64,000 bases of DNA, taken from assembly GCF_003019035.1 (NCBI RefSeq), contig NZ_CP027447.1. One strand, given 5' to 3'. How positions within the stretch are numbered: position 1 is the first letter of the stretch; every line of letters begins with the position of its first letter. Below are positions 34,515-46,410 of this stretch, in pieces. This stretch comes from Escherichia coli (GTDB taxonomy: Bacteria; Pseudomonadota; Gammaproteobacteria; Enterobacterales; Enterobacteriaceae). The position numbers and the translations under genes were made by a program. Below the pieces are notes generated by a model that saw nothing but the letters and a program-made list of their open reading frames with translations, was not told the DNA's origin and did not search any database.

Positions 34515-34844
34515 TTTCTTGCGTTATTTTCGGCACCTTTTATGTAGCGAAGGTGCCGGAATATATTCTCTTTTGTTACTTATTTCTATACCGTGCACAA
34601 TATTTTTATCCCTCATATTTATAGGGTAAATTACCTGTAAAGTAGTGTCTAATTACCCGCCTCGCAAACTCCAGTTTTCAAATATCTATTTCAGGTCAAA
34701 AGATTGAATTATTCACTGGAGACGATTCGTAAATTCGCTGGATTTTTGACTAAAGTTTCTTTAGGATTTGTCTCATCGTATGATTAATTACACCAATCGT
34801 TCAACGTCTTGCTGATAAGTGATGGCGATTATATGAGGTTAGCA

Positions 34845-34973
34845 ATGCCTTCTGGAAATCAGGAACCCCGCCGCGATCCTGAATTAAAACGTAAAGCCTG
34901 GCTGGCGGTTTTTCTTGGTTCTGCACTTTTCTGGGTGGTTGTCGCACTGCTGATTTGGAAAGTGTGGGGATAA
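34845..34973 (+). CDS. ymiA: Small membrane protein YmiA (42 codons)
   Basis: atg at 34845 after GAGG RBS; MPSGNQEPRRDPELKRKAWLAVFLGSALFWVVVALLIWKVWG; below ORF-track size cut-off. Confidence 0.6.
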   Translation: MPSGNQEPRRDPELKRKAWLAVFLGSALFWVVVALLIWKVWG

Positions 34974-34975
34974 CT

Positions 34976-35143
34976 ATGGTCGGTCAGGAGCAACTGGAGT
35001 CGTCACCATTATGTCAGCATAGTGACAATGAACCAGAAGCAAAACGGGAATGTTCCGTCGTTATTCCAGACGACTGGCAACTAACATCGCAGCAACAAGC
35101 CTTTATAGAACTGTTTGCTGAAGATGATCAGCCGAAACAATAA
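34976..35143 (+). CDS. yciX: Small protein YciX (55 aa)
   Basis: In-frame ATG at 34976 within ORF-track 34955..35143, 2 nt after ymiA stop. Confidence 0.6.
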   Translation: MVGQEQLESSPLCQHSDNEPEAKRECSVVIPDDWQLTSQQQAFIELFAEDDQPKQ

Positions 35144-35256
35144 TTATCATCATTCTTATTACCCATTTTTAATGAATCACAGGGCTTTTAATACACCGCA
35201 GCAATAACAGGTTGAGTTATCTCAACACAAAGTAATAACCGTTAAGGGTGTAGCCT

Positions 35257-35352
35257 ATGATCAACACAAATATGAAATATTGGTCCTGGATGGGCGCATT
35301 TTCTCTGTCGATGCTCTTCTGGGCCGAACTCCTCTGGATCATTACTCACTGA
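35257..35352 (+). CDS. Candidate 31-codon hydrophobic small ORF upstream of acnA
   Basis: atg at 35257 after AAGGGTG; MINTNMKYWSWMGAFSLSMLFWAELLWIITH; Trp-rich single-TM-like; not in ORF track. Confidence 0.3.
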   Translation: MINTNMKYWSWMGAFSLSMLFWAELLWIITH

Positions 35353-35501
35353 TCCCTGACCCCGCTGTTTGCTTTGTCTCAAGGTTTCTCCTCTTTTATC
35401 AATTTGGGTTGTTATCAAATCGTTACGCGATGTTTGTGTTATCTTTAATATTCACCCTGAAGAGAATCAGGGCTTCGCAACCCTGTCATTAAGGAGGAGC
35501 T

Positions 35502-38177
35502 ATGTCGTCAACCCTACGAGAAGCCAGTAAGGACACGTTGCAGGCCAAAGATAAAACTTACCACTACTACAGCTTGCCGCTTGCTGCCAAATCACTGGGC
35601 GATATCACCCGTCTGCCCAAGTCACTCAAAGTTTTGCTCGAAAACCTGCTGCGCTGGCAGGATGGTAACTCGGTTACCGAAGAGGATATCTACGCGCTGG
35701 CGGGATGGCTGAAAAATGCCCATGCTGACCGTGAAATTGCCTACCGCCCGGCAAGGGTGCTGATGCAGGACTTTACCGGCGTACCTGCCGTTGTTGATCT
35801 GGCGGCAATGCGCGAAGCGGTTAAACGCCTCGGCGGCGATACTGCAAAGGTTAACCCGCTCTCACCGGTCGACCTGGTCATTGACCACTCGGTGACCGTC
35901 GATCGTTTTGGTGATGATGAGGCATTTGAAGAAAACGTGCGCCTGGAAATGGAGCGCAACCACGAACGTTATGTGTTCCTGAAATGGGGAAAGCAGGCGT
36001 TCAGTCGTTTTAGCGTCGTGCCGCCAGGCACAGGCATTTGCCATCAGGTTAACCTCGAATATCTCGGCAAAGCAGTGTGGAGCGAATTGCAGGACGGTGA
36101 ATGGATTGCTTATCCGGATACACTCGTTGGTACTGACTCGCACACCACTATGATCAACGGCCTTGGCGTGCTGGGGTGGGGCGTTGGTGGGATCGAAGCC
36201 GAAGCCGCAATGTTAGGCCAGCCGGTTTCCATGCTTATCCCGGACGTAGTGGGCTTTAAACTCACCGGAAAATTACGTGAAGGTATTACCGCCACAGACC
36301 TGGTTCTCACCGTTACCCAAATGCTGCGCAAACATGGCGTGGTGGGGAAATTCGTCGAATTTTATGGTGATGGGCTGGATTCACTACCGCTGGCGGATCG
36401 CGCCACCATTGCCAATATGTCGCCAGAATATGGTGCCACCTGTGGCTTCTTCCCTATCGATGCTGTCACCCTCGATTACATGCGTTTAAGCGGGCGCAGC
36501 GAAGATCAGGTCGAGTTGGTCGAAAAATATGCCAAAGCGCAGGGCATGTGGCGTAACCCGGGCGATGAACCAATTTTTACCAGTACGTTAGAACTGGATA
36601 TGAATGACGTTGAAGCGAGCCTGGCAGGGCCTAAACGCCCACAGGATCGCGTTGCACTGCCCGATGTACCAAAAGCATTTGCCGCCAGTAACGAACTGGA
36701 AGTGAATGCCACGCATAAAGATCGCCAGCCGGTCGATTATGTTATGAACGGACATCAGTATCAGTTACCTGATGGCGCGGTGGTCATTGCTGCGATAACC
36801 TCGTGCACCAACACCTCTAACCCAAGTGTGCTGATGGCCGCAGGCTTGCTGGCGAAAAAAGCTGTAACTCTGGGCCTCAAGCGGCAACCGTGGGTCAAAG
36901 CGTCGCTGGCACCAGGCTCGAAAGTTGTTTCTGACTATCTGGCAAAAGCGAAATTGACACCGTATCTCGACGAACTGGGGTTTAACCTTGTGGGATACGG
37001 TTGTACCACCTGTATTGGTAACTCTGGGCCGCTGCCCGATCCTATCGAAACGGCAATCAAAAAAGGCGATTTAACCGTCGGTGCAGTGCTGTCCGGCAAC
37101 CGTAACTTTGAAGGCCGTATCCATCCGCTGGTTAAAACCAACTGGCTGGCCTCGCCGCCGCTGGTGGTTGCCTATGCGCTGGCGGGAAATATGAATATTA
37201 ACCTCGCATCTGAGCCTATCGGCCATGATCGCAAAGGCGATCCGGTATATCTGAAAGATATCTGGCCATCGGCACAAGAAATTGCCCGTGCGGTAGAACA
37301 AGTCTCCACAGAAATGTTCCGTAAAGAGTACGCAGAAGTTTTTGAAGGCACAGCAGAGTGGAAGGAAATTAACGTCGCACGATCCGATACCTACGGTTGG
37401 CAGGAGGATTCAACCTATATTCGCTTATCGCCTTTCTTTGATGAAATGCAGGCAACACCAGCACCTGTGGAAGATATTCACGGTGCGCGGATCCTCGCAA
37501 TGCTGGGGGATTCAGTCACCACTGACCATATCTCTCCGGCGGGCAGTATTAAGCCCGACAGCCCAGCGGGGCGATATCTACAAGGTCGGGGTGTTGAGCG
37601 CAAAGACTTTAACTCCTACGGTTCGCGGCGTGGTAACCATGAAGTGATGATGCGCGGCACCTTCGCCAATATTCGCATCCGTAATGAAATGGTGCCTGGC
37701 GTTGAAGGGGGGATGACGCGGCATTTACCTGACAGCGAGGTCATCTCTATTTATGATGCCGCGATGCGCTATAAGCAGGAGCAAACGCCGCTGGCGGTGA
37801 TTGCCGGGAAAGAGTATGGATCAGGCTCCAGCCGTGACTGGGCGGCAAAAGGTCCGCGTCTACTTGGCATTCGTGTGGTGATTGCCGAATCGTTTGAACG
37901 AATTCACCGTTCGAATTTAATTGGCATGGGCATCCTGCCGCTGGAATTTCCGCAAGGCGTAACGCGTAAAACGTTAGGGCTAACCGGGGAAGAGAAGATT
38001 GATATTGGCGATCTGCAAAACCTACAACCCGGCGCGACGGTTCCGGTGACGCTTACGCGCGCGGATGGTAGCCAGGAGGTCGTACCCTGCCGTTGTCGTA
38101 TCGACACCGCGACGGAGTTGACCTACTACCAGAACGACGGCATTTTGCATTATGTCATTCGTAATATGTTGAAGTAA
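35502..38177 (+). CDS. acnA: Aconitate hydratase A
   Basis: ORF track 891 aa; RBS AAGGAGGAG; sequence recognised. Confidence 0.95.
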   Translation: MSSTLREASKDTLQAKDKTYHYYSLPLAAKSLGDITRLPKSLKVLLENLLRWQDGNSVTEEDIYALAGWLKNAHADREIAYRPARVLMQDFTGVPAVVDLAAMREAVKRLGGDTAKVNPLSPVDLVIDHSVTVDRFGDDEAFEENVRLEMERNHERYVFLKWGKQAFSRFSVVPPGTGICHQVNLEYLGKAVWSELQDGEWIAYPDTLVGTDSHTTMINGLGVLGWGVGGIEAEAAMLGQPVSMLIPDVVGFKLTGKLREGITATDLVLTVTQMLRKHGVVGKFVEFYGDGLDSLPLADRATIANMSPEYGATCGFFPIDAVTLDYMRLSGRSEDQVELVEKYAKAQGMWRNPGDEPIFTSTLELDMNDVEASLAGPKRPQDRVALPDVPKAFAASNELEVNATHKDRQPVDYVMNGHQYQLPDGAVVIAAITSCTNTSNPSVLMAAGLLAKKAVTLGLKRQPWVKASLAPGSKVVSDYLAKAKLTPYLDELGFNLVGYGCTTCIGNSGPLPDPIETAIKKGDLTVGAVLSGNRNFEGRIHPLVKTNWLASPPLVVAYALAGNMNINLASEPIGHDRKGDPVYLKDIWPSAQEIARAVEQVSTEMFRKEYAEVFEGTAEWKEINVARSDTYGWQEDSTYIRLSPFFDEMQATPAPVEDIHGARILAMLGDSVTTDHISPAGSIKPDSPAGRYLQGRGVERKDFNSYGSRRGNHEVMMRGTFANIRIRNEMVPGVEGGMTRHLPDSEVISIYDAAMRYKQEQTPLAVIAGKEYGSGSSRDWAAKGPRLLGIRVVIAESFERIHRSNLIGMGILPLEFPQGVTRKTLGLTGEEKIDIGDLQNLQPGATVPVTLTRADGSQEVVPCRCRIDTATELTYYQNDGILHYVIRNMLK

Positions 38178-38183
38178 CAAGTA

Positions 38184-38218
38184 TTTGCTTGCCGGTTATT
38201 TTGCTTCCGGCAAGCAAA
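38184..38218. terminator. Stem-loop between convergent acnA and ribA (likely bidirectional terminator)
   Basis: 12-bp perfect stem tttgcttgccgg / ccggcaagcaaa with 11-nt loop, read directly. Confidence 0.6.
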
Positions 38219-38240
38219 TTAATTACACAATGCAAGAGGG

Positions 38241-38831
38241 TTATTTGTTCAGTAAATGACCCATTTTCTCGGCTTTGGTATCGAGATAATGTTCGTTATT
38301 GGGGTTACGACCTACAATCAACGGTACGCGTTCAACAATATTAATCCCTGCTTCGGTCAGAATTTCGACTTTTTTCGGGTTGTTGGTTAACAAGCGGACT
38401 TCATTGACGCCAAGGAGTTTGAACATATCAGCGCAAAGAGTGAAGTCGCGCTCATCAGCGGCGAAGCCTAACTGGTGGTTAGCCTCTACAGTATCGTAAC
38501 CTTGATCCTGCAGTGCATAAGCGCGGATTTTATTCAGCAGACCAATGTTACGACCTTCCTGACGGTGATACAGCAAAATACCACGGCCTTCTTCGGCAAT
38601 TTGCGTCAGTGCCGCTTCGAGCTGGAAGCCACAATCGCAGCGCAAGCTGAACAGGGCGTCACCGGTCAGACATTCGGAATGGACGCGCGCAAGTACCGGG
38701 GTATGCCCGGAAATATCGCCATAGACTAGCGCGACATGATCGTGTCCGGTTGCCAGTTCTTCAAATCCCACCATCAGGAAATCGCCCCATGGGGTTGGCA
38801 GTTTGGCTTCTGCCACACGTTTAAGCTGCAT
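38241..38831 (-). CDS. ribA: GTP cyclohydrolase II (196 aa)
   Basis: ORF track 38241..38894; ATG at 38831 gives [18 protein letters not shown]...; zinc-binding CxxC...C motifs. Confidence 0.92.
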
Positions 38832-39000
38832 GAAATTCTCCAGATAATGCTGGTTCTGTATTGGCTTATTTTGCCATAACGAGAAGGGGTTCACCTAATC
38901 ACGACGCGTCGATCGTTCACGGAATGGCACAAATCTGTCAATTTTTCCTGGAACTGGCATTTTCAGTTATGATTGTGGGACTTATCAAAAAGGAGAGGCC

Positions 39001-39765
39001 ATGCGTTCGATTGCCAGACGTACCGCAGTGGGAACTGCACTATTGCTTGTTATGCCAGTAGCCGTATGGATTTCTGGCTGGCGTTGGCAACCTGGAGAAC
39101 AAAGTTGGTTACTAAAAGCGGCTTTTTGGGTTACTGAAACTGTCACCCAGCCCTGGGGCGTCATTACACATTTGATTTTATTCGGCTGGTTTCTCTGGTG
39201 TCTGCGTTTTCGCATTAAGGCTGCCTTTGTATTATTTGCCATTCTGGCGGCGGCAATCCTTGTGGGACAAGGCGTTAAATCCTGGATCAAAGACAAAGTC
39301 CAGGAACCACGACCTTTTGTTATCTGGCTGGAAAAAACACATCATATTCCGGTTGATGAGTTCTACACTTTAAAGCGAGCAGAACGCGGAAATCTAGTGA
39401 AAGAACAGTTGGCTGAAGAGAAAAATATCCCACAATATTTGCGTTCACACTGGCAGAAAGAGACGGGGTTTGCCTTTCCTTCCGGTCACACGATGTTTGC
39501 TGCCAGTTGGGCACTGCTGGCCGTTGGTTTGCTGTGGCCGCGTCGGCGAACGTTTACCATTGCTATCTTGTTGGTCTGGGCAACTGGAGTCATGGGAAGC
39601 CGCCTGCTGCTCGGGATGCATTGGCCACGCGATCTGGTAGTAGCTACGTTGATTTCGTGGGCGCTGGTGGCGGTGGCAACGTGGCTTGCGCAACGAATTT
39701 GTGGGCCATTAACACCACCTGCGGAAGAAAATCGCGAAATAGCGCAACGAGAACAAGAAAGTTAA
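39001..39765 (+). CDS. pgpB: Phosphatidylglycerophosphatase B (PAP2 family)
   Basis: ORF track 254 aa; multi-TM; PAP2 motifs (PSGH). Confidence 0.9.
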   Translation: MRSIARRTAVGTALLLVMPVAVWISGWRWQPGEQSWLLKAAFWVTETVTQPWGVITHLILFGWFLWCLRFRIKAAFVLFAILAAAILVGQGVKSWIKDKVQEPRPFVIWLEKTHHIPVDEFYTLKRAERGNLVKEQLAEEKNIPQYLRSHWQKETGFAFPSGHTMFAASWALLAVGLLWPRRRTFTIAILLVWATGVMGSRLLLGMHWPRDLVVATLISWALVAVATWLAQRICGPLTPPAEENREIAQREQES

Positions 39766-39913
39766 CGCTGGTTGATTTTCCGAATTTAGCCCTTAAATCA
39801 TCAACAATGCGCGTGGATGCCATTTCGCAGACGGCGCGAAAATGGTACTTTAAAGGGCTATTGCGGTAAGTTGACCATAATTTATTCGCTCTAACCACAT
39901 AACGGGAAGTAAT

Positions 39914-40222
39914 GTGAAATATTTACTCATTTTCTTACTGGTGTTAGCGATCTTCGTGATTTCGGTTACGTTAGGTGCGCAGAACGATCAACAGGTGACG
40001 TTTAATTATCTGTTAGCGCAAGGGGAGTACCGTATTTCCACATTGCTGGCGGTATTGTTTGCTGCGGGGTTTGCTATCGGTTGGTTGATTTGTGGCCTGT
40101 TCTGGCTGCGAGTTCGTGTTTCCCTGGCGCGCGCTGAACGTAAAATAAAGCGACTGGAAAACCAGCTTTCACCCGCGACTGACGTGGCTGTAGCGCCGCA
40201 CTCGTCTGCGTCGAAGGAATAA
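39914..40222 (+). CDS. lapA: Lipopolysaccharide assembly protein LapA (YciS)
   Basis: ORF track 102 aa; two TM helices; precedes lapB. Confidence 0.88.
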   Translation: MKYLLIFLLVLAIFVISVTLGAQNDQQVTFNYLLAQGEYRISTLLAVLFAAGFAIGWLICGLFWLRVRVSLARAERKIKRLENQLSPATDVAVAPHSSASKE

Positions 40223-40228
40223 CTTTCT

Positions 40229-41398
40229 ATGCTGGAGTTGTTGTTTCTGCTTTTGCCTGTAGCCGCTGCCTATGGCTGGTATATGGGCCGCAGAAGTGCG
40301 CAACAAAACAAGCAAGATGAAGCCAACCGCTTGTCGCGTGATTACGTAGCGGGGGTTAACTTCCTGCTTAGTAATCAACAGGATAAAGCGGTAGACCTGT
40401 TTCTCGATATGCTTAAAGAGGATACAGGTACCGTTGAAGCCCACCTTACGCTCGGAAACCTGTTCCGTTCGCGTGGCGAAGTTGATCGCGCTATTCGCAT
40501 CCATCAGACCCTAATGGAAAGCGCCTCGCTGACCTATGAACAGCGTCTGTTGGCGATTCAACAATTGGGGCGTGATTACATGGCCGCCGGGTTATACGAC
40601 CGCGCGGAAGACATGTTCAATCAGCTGACCGATGAAACTGACTTCCGCATTGGCGCGCTGCAACAGTTGCTACAAATCTACCAGGCTACCAGCGAGTGGC
40701 AGAAAGCAATTGATGTTGCCGAACGCCTGGTGAAGCTGGGTAAAGATAAACAGCGCGTCGAAATTGCCCATTTCTACTGTGAGTTAGCCCTGCAGCATAT
40801 GGCCAGCGACGATCTCGATCGTGCCATGGCCTTGTTAAAAAAAGGTGCGGCGGCAGATAAAAACAGCGCCCGCGTATCCATCATGATGGGACGCGTATTT
40901 ATGGCGAAAGGAGAATACGCCAAAGCCGTCGAAAGTCTGCAACGCGTGATATCCCAGGACAGAGAACTGGTCAGCGAAACGCTGGAAATGCTGCAAACCT
41001 GCTACCAGCAGTTGGGTAAAACTGCCGAATGGGCAGAGTTCCTGCAGCGCGCGGTGGAAGAGAACACCGGTGCCGATGCTGAACTGATGCTTGCGGACAT
41101 CATCGAAGCGCGCGACGGTAGTGAGGCCGCACAGGTCTATATTACGCGCCAGCTTCAGCGTCATCCGACCATGCGTGTGTTCCATAAGTTAATGGATTAC
41201 CACTTAAATGAAGCAGAAGAAGGGCGTGCCAAAGAGAGTCTGATGGTGCTGCGTGACATGGTTGGCGAGAAGGTGCGTAGTAAGCCTCGTTATCGCTGCC
41301 AGAAATGTGGTTTTACCGCATACACTCTCTACTGGCATTGTCCGTCTTGTCGGGCCTGGTCAACCATTAAACCGATTCGCGGTCTTGATGGCCTGTAA
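40229..41398 (+). CDS. lapB: Lipopolysaccharide assembly protein LapB (YciM), TPR plus rubredoxin-like C-terminus
   Basis: ORF track 389 aa; N-terminal TM, TPR repeats, C-terminal CxxC...CxxC. Confidence 0.9.
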   Translation: MLELLFLLLPVAAAYGWYMGRRSAQQNKQDEANRLSRDYVAGVNFLLSNQQDKAVDLFLDMLKEDTGTVEAHLTLGNLFRSRGEVDRAIRIHQTLMESASLTYEQRLLAIQQLGRDYMAAGLYDRAEDMFNQLTDETDFRIGALQQLLQIYQATSEWQKAIDVAERLVKLGKDKQRVEIAHFYCELALQHMASDDLDRAMALLKKGAAADKNSARVSIMMGRVFMAKGEYAKAVESLQRVISQDRELVSETLEMLQTCYQQLGKTAEWAEFLQRAVEENTGADAELMLADIIEARDGSEAAQVYITRQLQRHPTMRVFHKLMDYHLNEAEEGRAKESLMVLRDMVGEKVRSKPRYRCQKCGFTAYTLYWHCPSCRAWSTIKPIRGLDGL

Positions 41399-41589
41399 TT
41401 TTTAAAAAAATCCGACTTTAGTTACAACATACTAATTGTTGATGTTCCATTGTGCTCCGGTAACTCAGGCGCAGAAAAGCCTGCCAGGGGAGAAATCGCA
41501 ACTGTTAATTTTTTATTTCCACGGGTAGAATGCTCGCCGTTTACCTGTTTCGCGCCACTTCCGGTGCCCATCATTAAGAAGGTCTGGTC

Positions 41590-42327
41590 ATGACGTTAAC
41601 TGCTTCATCTTCTTCCCGCGCTGTTACGAATTCTCCTGTGGTTGTTGCCCTTGATTATCATAATCGTGATGCCGCGCTGGCCTTTGTCGACAAGATCGAC
41701 CCACGCGATTGTCGTCTGAAAGTCGGCAAAGAGATGTTTACGCTGTTTGGACCTCAATTTGTACGCGAACTTCAACAGCGTGGTTTTGATATCTTCCTCG
41801 ACCTGAAATTTCACGATATTCCCAACACTGCAGCGCACGCTGTCGCTGCTGCAGCTGACTTAGGCGTGTGGATGGTGAATGTTCACGCCTCCGGTGGGGC
41901 GCGTATGATGACCGCAGCGCGTGAGGCACTGGTTCCGTTTGGCAAAGATGCACCGCTTTTGATTGCTGTGACAGTATTGACCAGCATGGAAGCCAGCGAC
42001 CTGGCCGATCTTGGCGTGACACTGTCACCTGCAGATTATGCAGAACGTCTGGCGGCACTGACGCAAAAATGTGGCCTTGATGGTGTGGTGTGTTCTGCTC
42101 AGGAAGCTGTGCGCTTTAAACAGGTATTCGGTCAGGCGTTCAAACTGGTTACACCGGGCATTCGTCCGCAGGGGAGTGAAGCTGGTGACCAGCGCCGCAT
42201 TATGACGCCAGAACAGGCGTTGGCGGCTGGTGTTGATTATATGGTGATTGGTCGCCCGGTAACGCAATCGGTAGATCCAGCGCAGACGCTGAAAGCGATC
42301 AACGCCTCTTTACAGCGGAGTGCATGA
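41590..42327 (+). CDS. pyrF: Orotidine-5'-phosphate decarboxylase
   Basis: ORF track 245 aa; sequence recognised. Confidence 0.93.
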   Translation: MTLTASSSSRAVTNSPVVVALDYHNRDAALAFVDKIDPRDCRLKVGKEMFTLFGPQFVRELQQRGFDIFLDLKFHDIPNTAAHAVAAAADLGVWMVNVHASGGARMMTAAREALVPFGKDAPLLIAVTVLTSMEASDLADLGVTLSPADYAERLAALTQKCGLDGVVCSAQEAVRFKQVFGQAFKLVTPGIRPQGSEAGDQRRIMTPEQALAAGVDYMVIGRPVTQSVDPAQTLKAINASLQRSA

Positions 42328-42653
42328 TGAGTGATTCCAACAGCCGTCTGGTCTACTCAACGGAAACCGGACGTATTGATGAGCCAAAAGCGGCCCCTGT
42401 ACGCCCTAAAGGCGACGGTGTGGTGCGTATTCAGCGTCAGACCAGTGGACGTAAAGGTAAGGGCGTTTGCCTGATTACCGGTGTCGATCTCGATGATGCC
42501 GAACTGACGAAACTGGCAGCGGAACTGAAGAAAAAATGCGGCTGCGGCGGAGCAGTTAAAGATGGAATTATTGAAATCCAGGGCGATAAGCGTGATTTAT
42601 TAAAATCATTGCTTGAAGCGAAAGGGATGAAGGTAAAACTCGCAGGCGGCTAA
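42324..42653 (+). CDS. yciH: SUI1/eIF1-family translation factor-like protein YciH
   Basis: ORF track 109 aa; 4-nt overlap with pyrF. Confidence 0.88.
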   Translation: MMSDSNSRLVYSTETGRIDEPKAAPVRPKGDGVVRIQRQTSGRKGKGVCLITGVDLDDAELTKLAAELKKKCGCGGAVKDGIIEIQGDKRDLLKSLLEAKGMKVKLAGG

Positions 42654-42657
42654 CATA

Positions 42658-42684
42658 AAAAGCCACGGATATATCCGTGGCTTT
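42658..42684 (+). terminator. Rho-independent terminator after yciH
   Basis: Perfect palindrome aaagccacggata / tatccgtggcttt then cgaatatttt, read directly. Confidence 0.75.
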
Positions 42685-42778
42685 CGAATATTTTACTGTG
42701 TGTATTATTCAGTTATTTCGTACTGAACAGAATCAAGCGTATTATAATTGCGAGTCGATAATCGACATTTATTTACGA

Positions 42779-42997
42779 TTATTTACCGACCTGGTGACCA
42801 ATAACACCACCGATGGCTGCACCACCTAATGTACCCAACGTACTGCCATCGGTCAGTACTGCACCGCCTAATGCACCTGCGCCCGCGCCAATTGCGGTGT
42901 TACGGTCTCGTTTGGACCAGTTAGAACAGGCACTCAGAGACATTGCCAGGGTAATTGCCAGAACAGCCGCGGTCATTTTTTTGCTCGTTACAAACAT
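42779..42997 (-). CDS. osmB: Osmotically inducible lipoprotein B
   Basis: ORF track 72 aa; lipobox LSAC; Gly-rich. Confidence 0.9.
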   Translation of the reverse strand: MFVTSKKMTAAVLAITLAMSLSACSNWSKRDRNTAIGAGAGALGGAVLTDGSTLGTLGGAAIGGVIGHQVGK

Positions 42998-43265
42998 AAT
43001 ACTCTCTCCTGAATTTATGATTCACGGAAGTAAGCTCTCTATAACTATAATAGCTAAGAATAAGCCTGGTGAAATTATTCCGTGAAATCCGCTCGCGCGC
43101 AGGGTTATATCACGCAGGTGATAATGACTTCCTGTTATATCGCTGATAATAATTTTATATCTTGAGAGTGTTAATAACAGGTAAATAGTCTTAATTATCA
43201 ACCAGGAATCATCTTAGAGCGGATGATTTGCAAAACAGCAAATCATCCGTAGAGAAGGGAAATGG

Positions 43266-44015
43266 TTAAATGTCAACGACGTGAACGGTGAGTTTACTGT
43301 GCTCAAGATGCATCAGATCGCTGGCGCGTATTTTCGAATCGGTAATCACGCGATTGAATCGCTCAACGGGGCCGATGGAGTATGAATGTACAGCACCAAA
43401 TTTCGAGCTGTCAGTCAGGACTATCGCCTCGCACTCTTTTTCCAGCACGGCATTGACCACATCGGTACGCATCATATCGCGACCGGTAAACCCAGTTTCA
43501 GGTTGCCAGCCATCAATACCAATAAATGCTTTGCTGAAATGCACCTGTTGGATGCACTGGCGTGTCAAAGGACCAACCATACTTTCGCTTTTTTTCTGGT
43601 ACACGCCACCGAGCAAAATAACTTCACAAGGCGCGTCTTTCAGCAAATGCGCGATGTAGCTGCTGACCGTGATGATCGTGACATTTTTCTTCTGCTCGCC
43701 CAGAGTCCGGGCGAGCAGGGCATTGCTGCTGCCATTTTCGATAAAGATGGTTTCGCCCGGTTGAACCAGTGACGCGGCAAACTCGGCGAGTTCACGCTTC
43801 AGCGTATAGTTGCTCATCATACGAGTTTCGACGTCATCACTATCAAGCGATACTGCAAAGCCATGTGCACGGCGGAGGTAACTCAGTTTTTCGAGGGTGT
43901 TGAGATCCTGGCGAATGGTAACTTCAGAAACTCCAGTGGCTTTTGCCAGATCGGTTACGCTAACCTGACCCTGGTCAATGACCATCTGTAGAATAGTTTG
44001 TTGTCGGGAATTCAT
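43266..44015 (-). CDS. yciT: DeoR-family transcriptional regulator YciT
   Basis: ORF track 249 aa; N-terminal HTH (DeoR-type) plus sugar-binding-like C-domain. Confidence 0.88.
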   Translation of the reverse strand: MNSRQQTILQMVIDQGQVSVTDLAKATGVSEVTIRQDLNTLEKLSYLRRAHGFAVSLDSDDVETRMMSNYTLKRELAEFAASLVQPGETIFIENGSSNALLARTLGEQKKNVTIITVSSYIAHLLKDAPCEVILLGGVYQKKSESMVGPLTRQCIQQVHFSKAFIGIDGWQPETGFTGRDMMRTDVVNAVLEKECEAIVLTDSSKFGAVHSYSIGPVERFNRVITDSKIRASDLMHLEHSKLTVHVVDI

Positions 44016-44104
44016 CGCTGTAATTCTTATAACGTTATAATACTAAATAAAAAAATACTGACGCGCCGGGCATCCTCAAATAGGAAAACCTGAAGGCACG
44101 ATTG

Positions 44105-44278
44105 TTAAATCTCCCACGGTGCCTTCGGGATGTCTGGCGTAGATTCAGCAACCTGGCGCAAGAGTTCTGCTTTAAGTATCTCGAGATTATGGATCGCAGA
44201 GTGGTAATCGCCTGCCACAAGGATATCTAACACAATATCAATACGTTCGGCAACGCGCTGGGCATCAAATTCAGACAT
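44105..44278 (-). CDS. yciZ: UPF0509 protein YciZ (57 aa)
   Basis: ORF track 44105..44320 (TTG-initiated); internal ATG at 44278 gives [16 protein letters not shown]... Confidence 0.7.
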
Positions 44279-44424
44279 CAAGGACATCCTTATAGCAAAA
44301 GTGGAAAAGGAATAATGCAAAAATTGCCGCTAAAAGAGAAGTGTTTAACAGCAACGGCTAATTATCATCCAGTAATACGATATATAATGACGGAATATAT
44401 CGCTAAGTATATATATTCATCTAC

Positions 44425-46410
44425 TTATGCGCGCTTCAGATAGCGTTTATACCAGCGTTCGAAGGCGACGGCGGGCATCGGTTTGGCAAACAAAAATCCT
44501 TGCCGCTCATTGATCCCGTTCTTGGTTAAAAAAGCATCTTCCTTTTTACTCTCCACACCTTCAGCGATCACCTGAAGATTCAATGCCTGTGCCACAGCGA
44601 CGATCGCCCGGACCAGTGACTGCGAGACAGGTTGTTTGTGAATATCCCGAACAAAAACCTGGTCAAGTTTAATCGCATCGATCGGAAAGCGCGCCAGTTG
44701 CGAAAGTGAAGAGTAGCCGGTACCAAAATCGTCCAGATGCACTTGCGCACCTAGTTGGCTAAATTGTTGAATAACAGACAGTGCAAGTTCATCATTCTCA
44801 ATCAGGCAGCTCTCCGTCAGTTCAACATCAATAGGGCAGTATTCAAAATTGAGTTCCTGGAGAACCTGTTTCAGGGCGGTGAAAATGGTTTGATCGGCGA
44901 GCTGACGTGCAGAAATGTTTACCGCCACTCGCAGGTTAATACCTTTATCCCGCCACTTTGCCACCTGGCGTACGACATCGAGAATCACCCAACGGCCTAA
45001 AGGCACAATTAGCCCTGACTCTTCGGCGTAGGAAATGAAGTCCAACGGTGGAATCAACCCACGTTCAGGTGACTGCCAACGTACTAGTGCTTCCAGACTG
45101 CGCACTTCGCCACGCCAGGTGATTTTCGGTTGATAGTGAATAACCAACTGATCGTTTTCCAGTGCTTTACGCAAGTTGGTATCCAGCCAGAGATATTCAA
45201 ATACCCGCTGATTCATTTCTGGAGTAAAAACGCAAAATTGTCCTCGTCCGCCTTCCTTCGCTGTGTACATTGCTGTGTCGGCGTGACGAATAATAGCCGC
45301 GCTGTCCGAACCATGTTCGGGAGAAAGTGAAATACCCACTGAACAGCTGGTATAAACTTCAATTAAACCAATGCGGAAGGGGAGTCGTAAGCGGGTCAAA
45401 ATTCGTGATGCCATTGCTTCCAGCGCGCTTTGTGAGGTATTGGATGCCAGTACCAGAAACTCATCGCCACCTGGACGCGCCAACACCTGGTCATGTTCGA
45501 GACAGCTTAAAATAGCCAATGACACGTCGCGTAATAACTGGTCACCAAACAAATGCCCATAGGCGTCGTTGACCTTTTTAAAATTATCCAAATCAAGATA
45601 CACAACCCCAACTTTATTGTTATCTGCATGATTAATAGCGTGATCGATTAACTCCTGCATTGCGTTACGATTCGGCAGTCCGGTGATACTGTCGGTATTT
45701 GCCAGAATTCGCAGTCGCTCCTGAGCGCGGCGCTCTTCGGTAATGTCGGTGCCGGAACAGATTAAAAAAATCTCGTTTTTGCCACTGCCGCTGTGGACAA
45801 ATTTATTGCGAAACAGAAACAGCCGCTGGCCTTTACGTGTTGGTATCCACAGTTCGACTTCATATGCATTGCCGCTTCGAAAAAATACACGGTTATTGCG
45901 CCTGGATGCCGCAGCTTCACGACGGCTCATAAACAGTTTAAACACGCTTTGCCCAATGACGTCATGTTCTTTCAACCCTGTGTAATCTTCACATAACCGA
46001 TTGAAGCGTTGGATATTCCCCCGGCTGTCGAGAATCACTATTGCGGAATGTGCTTCAGAAACTACCTGCTCAGCAAAGGAAAGTCCGTGTGATAAATCAC
46101 GAGCAACTGCTGGTGTGTCATGCCATGCAGACGCGTTGCCAGCCCATTCCCGTTTATTGATTTTTCGTCCTACCAGATGCACAGAAAGATCGCTTTCATC
46201 GACGGTCAGACTCATCATCAGGCTGGAGGTGATGACCGTCATTTCCCTGATGCGAGCAGCCTGTTCGGCAGATAACTGCAACGTACGTTCAGGTTCTGTG
46301 GTTTCGGTGGTAGAAAAGCGCAAAACATCGCTGCTTTCCGTCAACCGCCAGTATGGATTGTGCGATCCGAGAAAGTTGTACAACGTTGTGGACTCCCTAA
46401 CGGTTTTCAT
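44425..46410 (-). CDS. pdeR: Cyclic-di-GMP phosphodiesterase PdeR (Gmr): PAS-GGDEF-EAL
   Basis: ORF track 661 aa; degenerate GGDEF region and EAL domain recognised. Confidence 0.9.
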   Translation of the reverse strand: MKTVRESTTLYNFLGSHNPYWRLTESSDVLRFSTTETTEPERTLQLSAEQAARIREMTVITSSLMMSLTVDESDLSVHLVGRKINKREWAGNASAWHDTPAVARDLSHGLSFAEQVVSEAHSAIVILDSRGNIQRFNRLCEDYTGLKEHDVIGQSVFKLFMSRREAAASRRNNRVFFRSGNAYEVELWIPTRKGQRLFLFRNKFVHSGSGKNEIFLICSGTDITEERRAQERLRILANTDSITGLPNRNAMQELIDHAINHADNNKVGVVYLDLDNFKKVNDAYGHLFGDQLLRDVSLAILSCLEHDQVLARPGGDEFLVLASNTSQSALEAMASRILTRLRLPFRIGLIEVYTSCSVGISLSPEHGSDSAAIIRHADTAMYTAKEGGRGQFCVFTPEMNQRVFEYLWLDTNLRKALENDQLVIHYQPKITWRGEVRSLEALVRWQSPERGLIPPLDFISYAEESGLIVPLGRWVILDVVRQVAKWRDKGINLRVAVNISARQLADQTIFTALKQVLQELNFEYCPIDVELTESCLIENDELALSVIQQFSQLGAQVHLDDFGTGYSSLSQLARFPIDAIKLDQVFVRDIHKQPVSQSLVRAIVAVAQALNLQVIAEGVESKKEDAFLTKNGINERQGFLFAKPMPAVAFERWYKRYLKRA

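Noticed and set aside
35280..35492. 70-aa ORF-track call in the acnA upstream region
   Set aside because: Overlaps the acnA promoter/RBS region in a different frame from the more plausible 31-codon small ORF, has no RBS and a low-complexity product.
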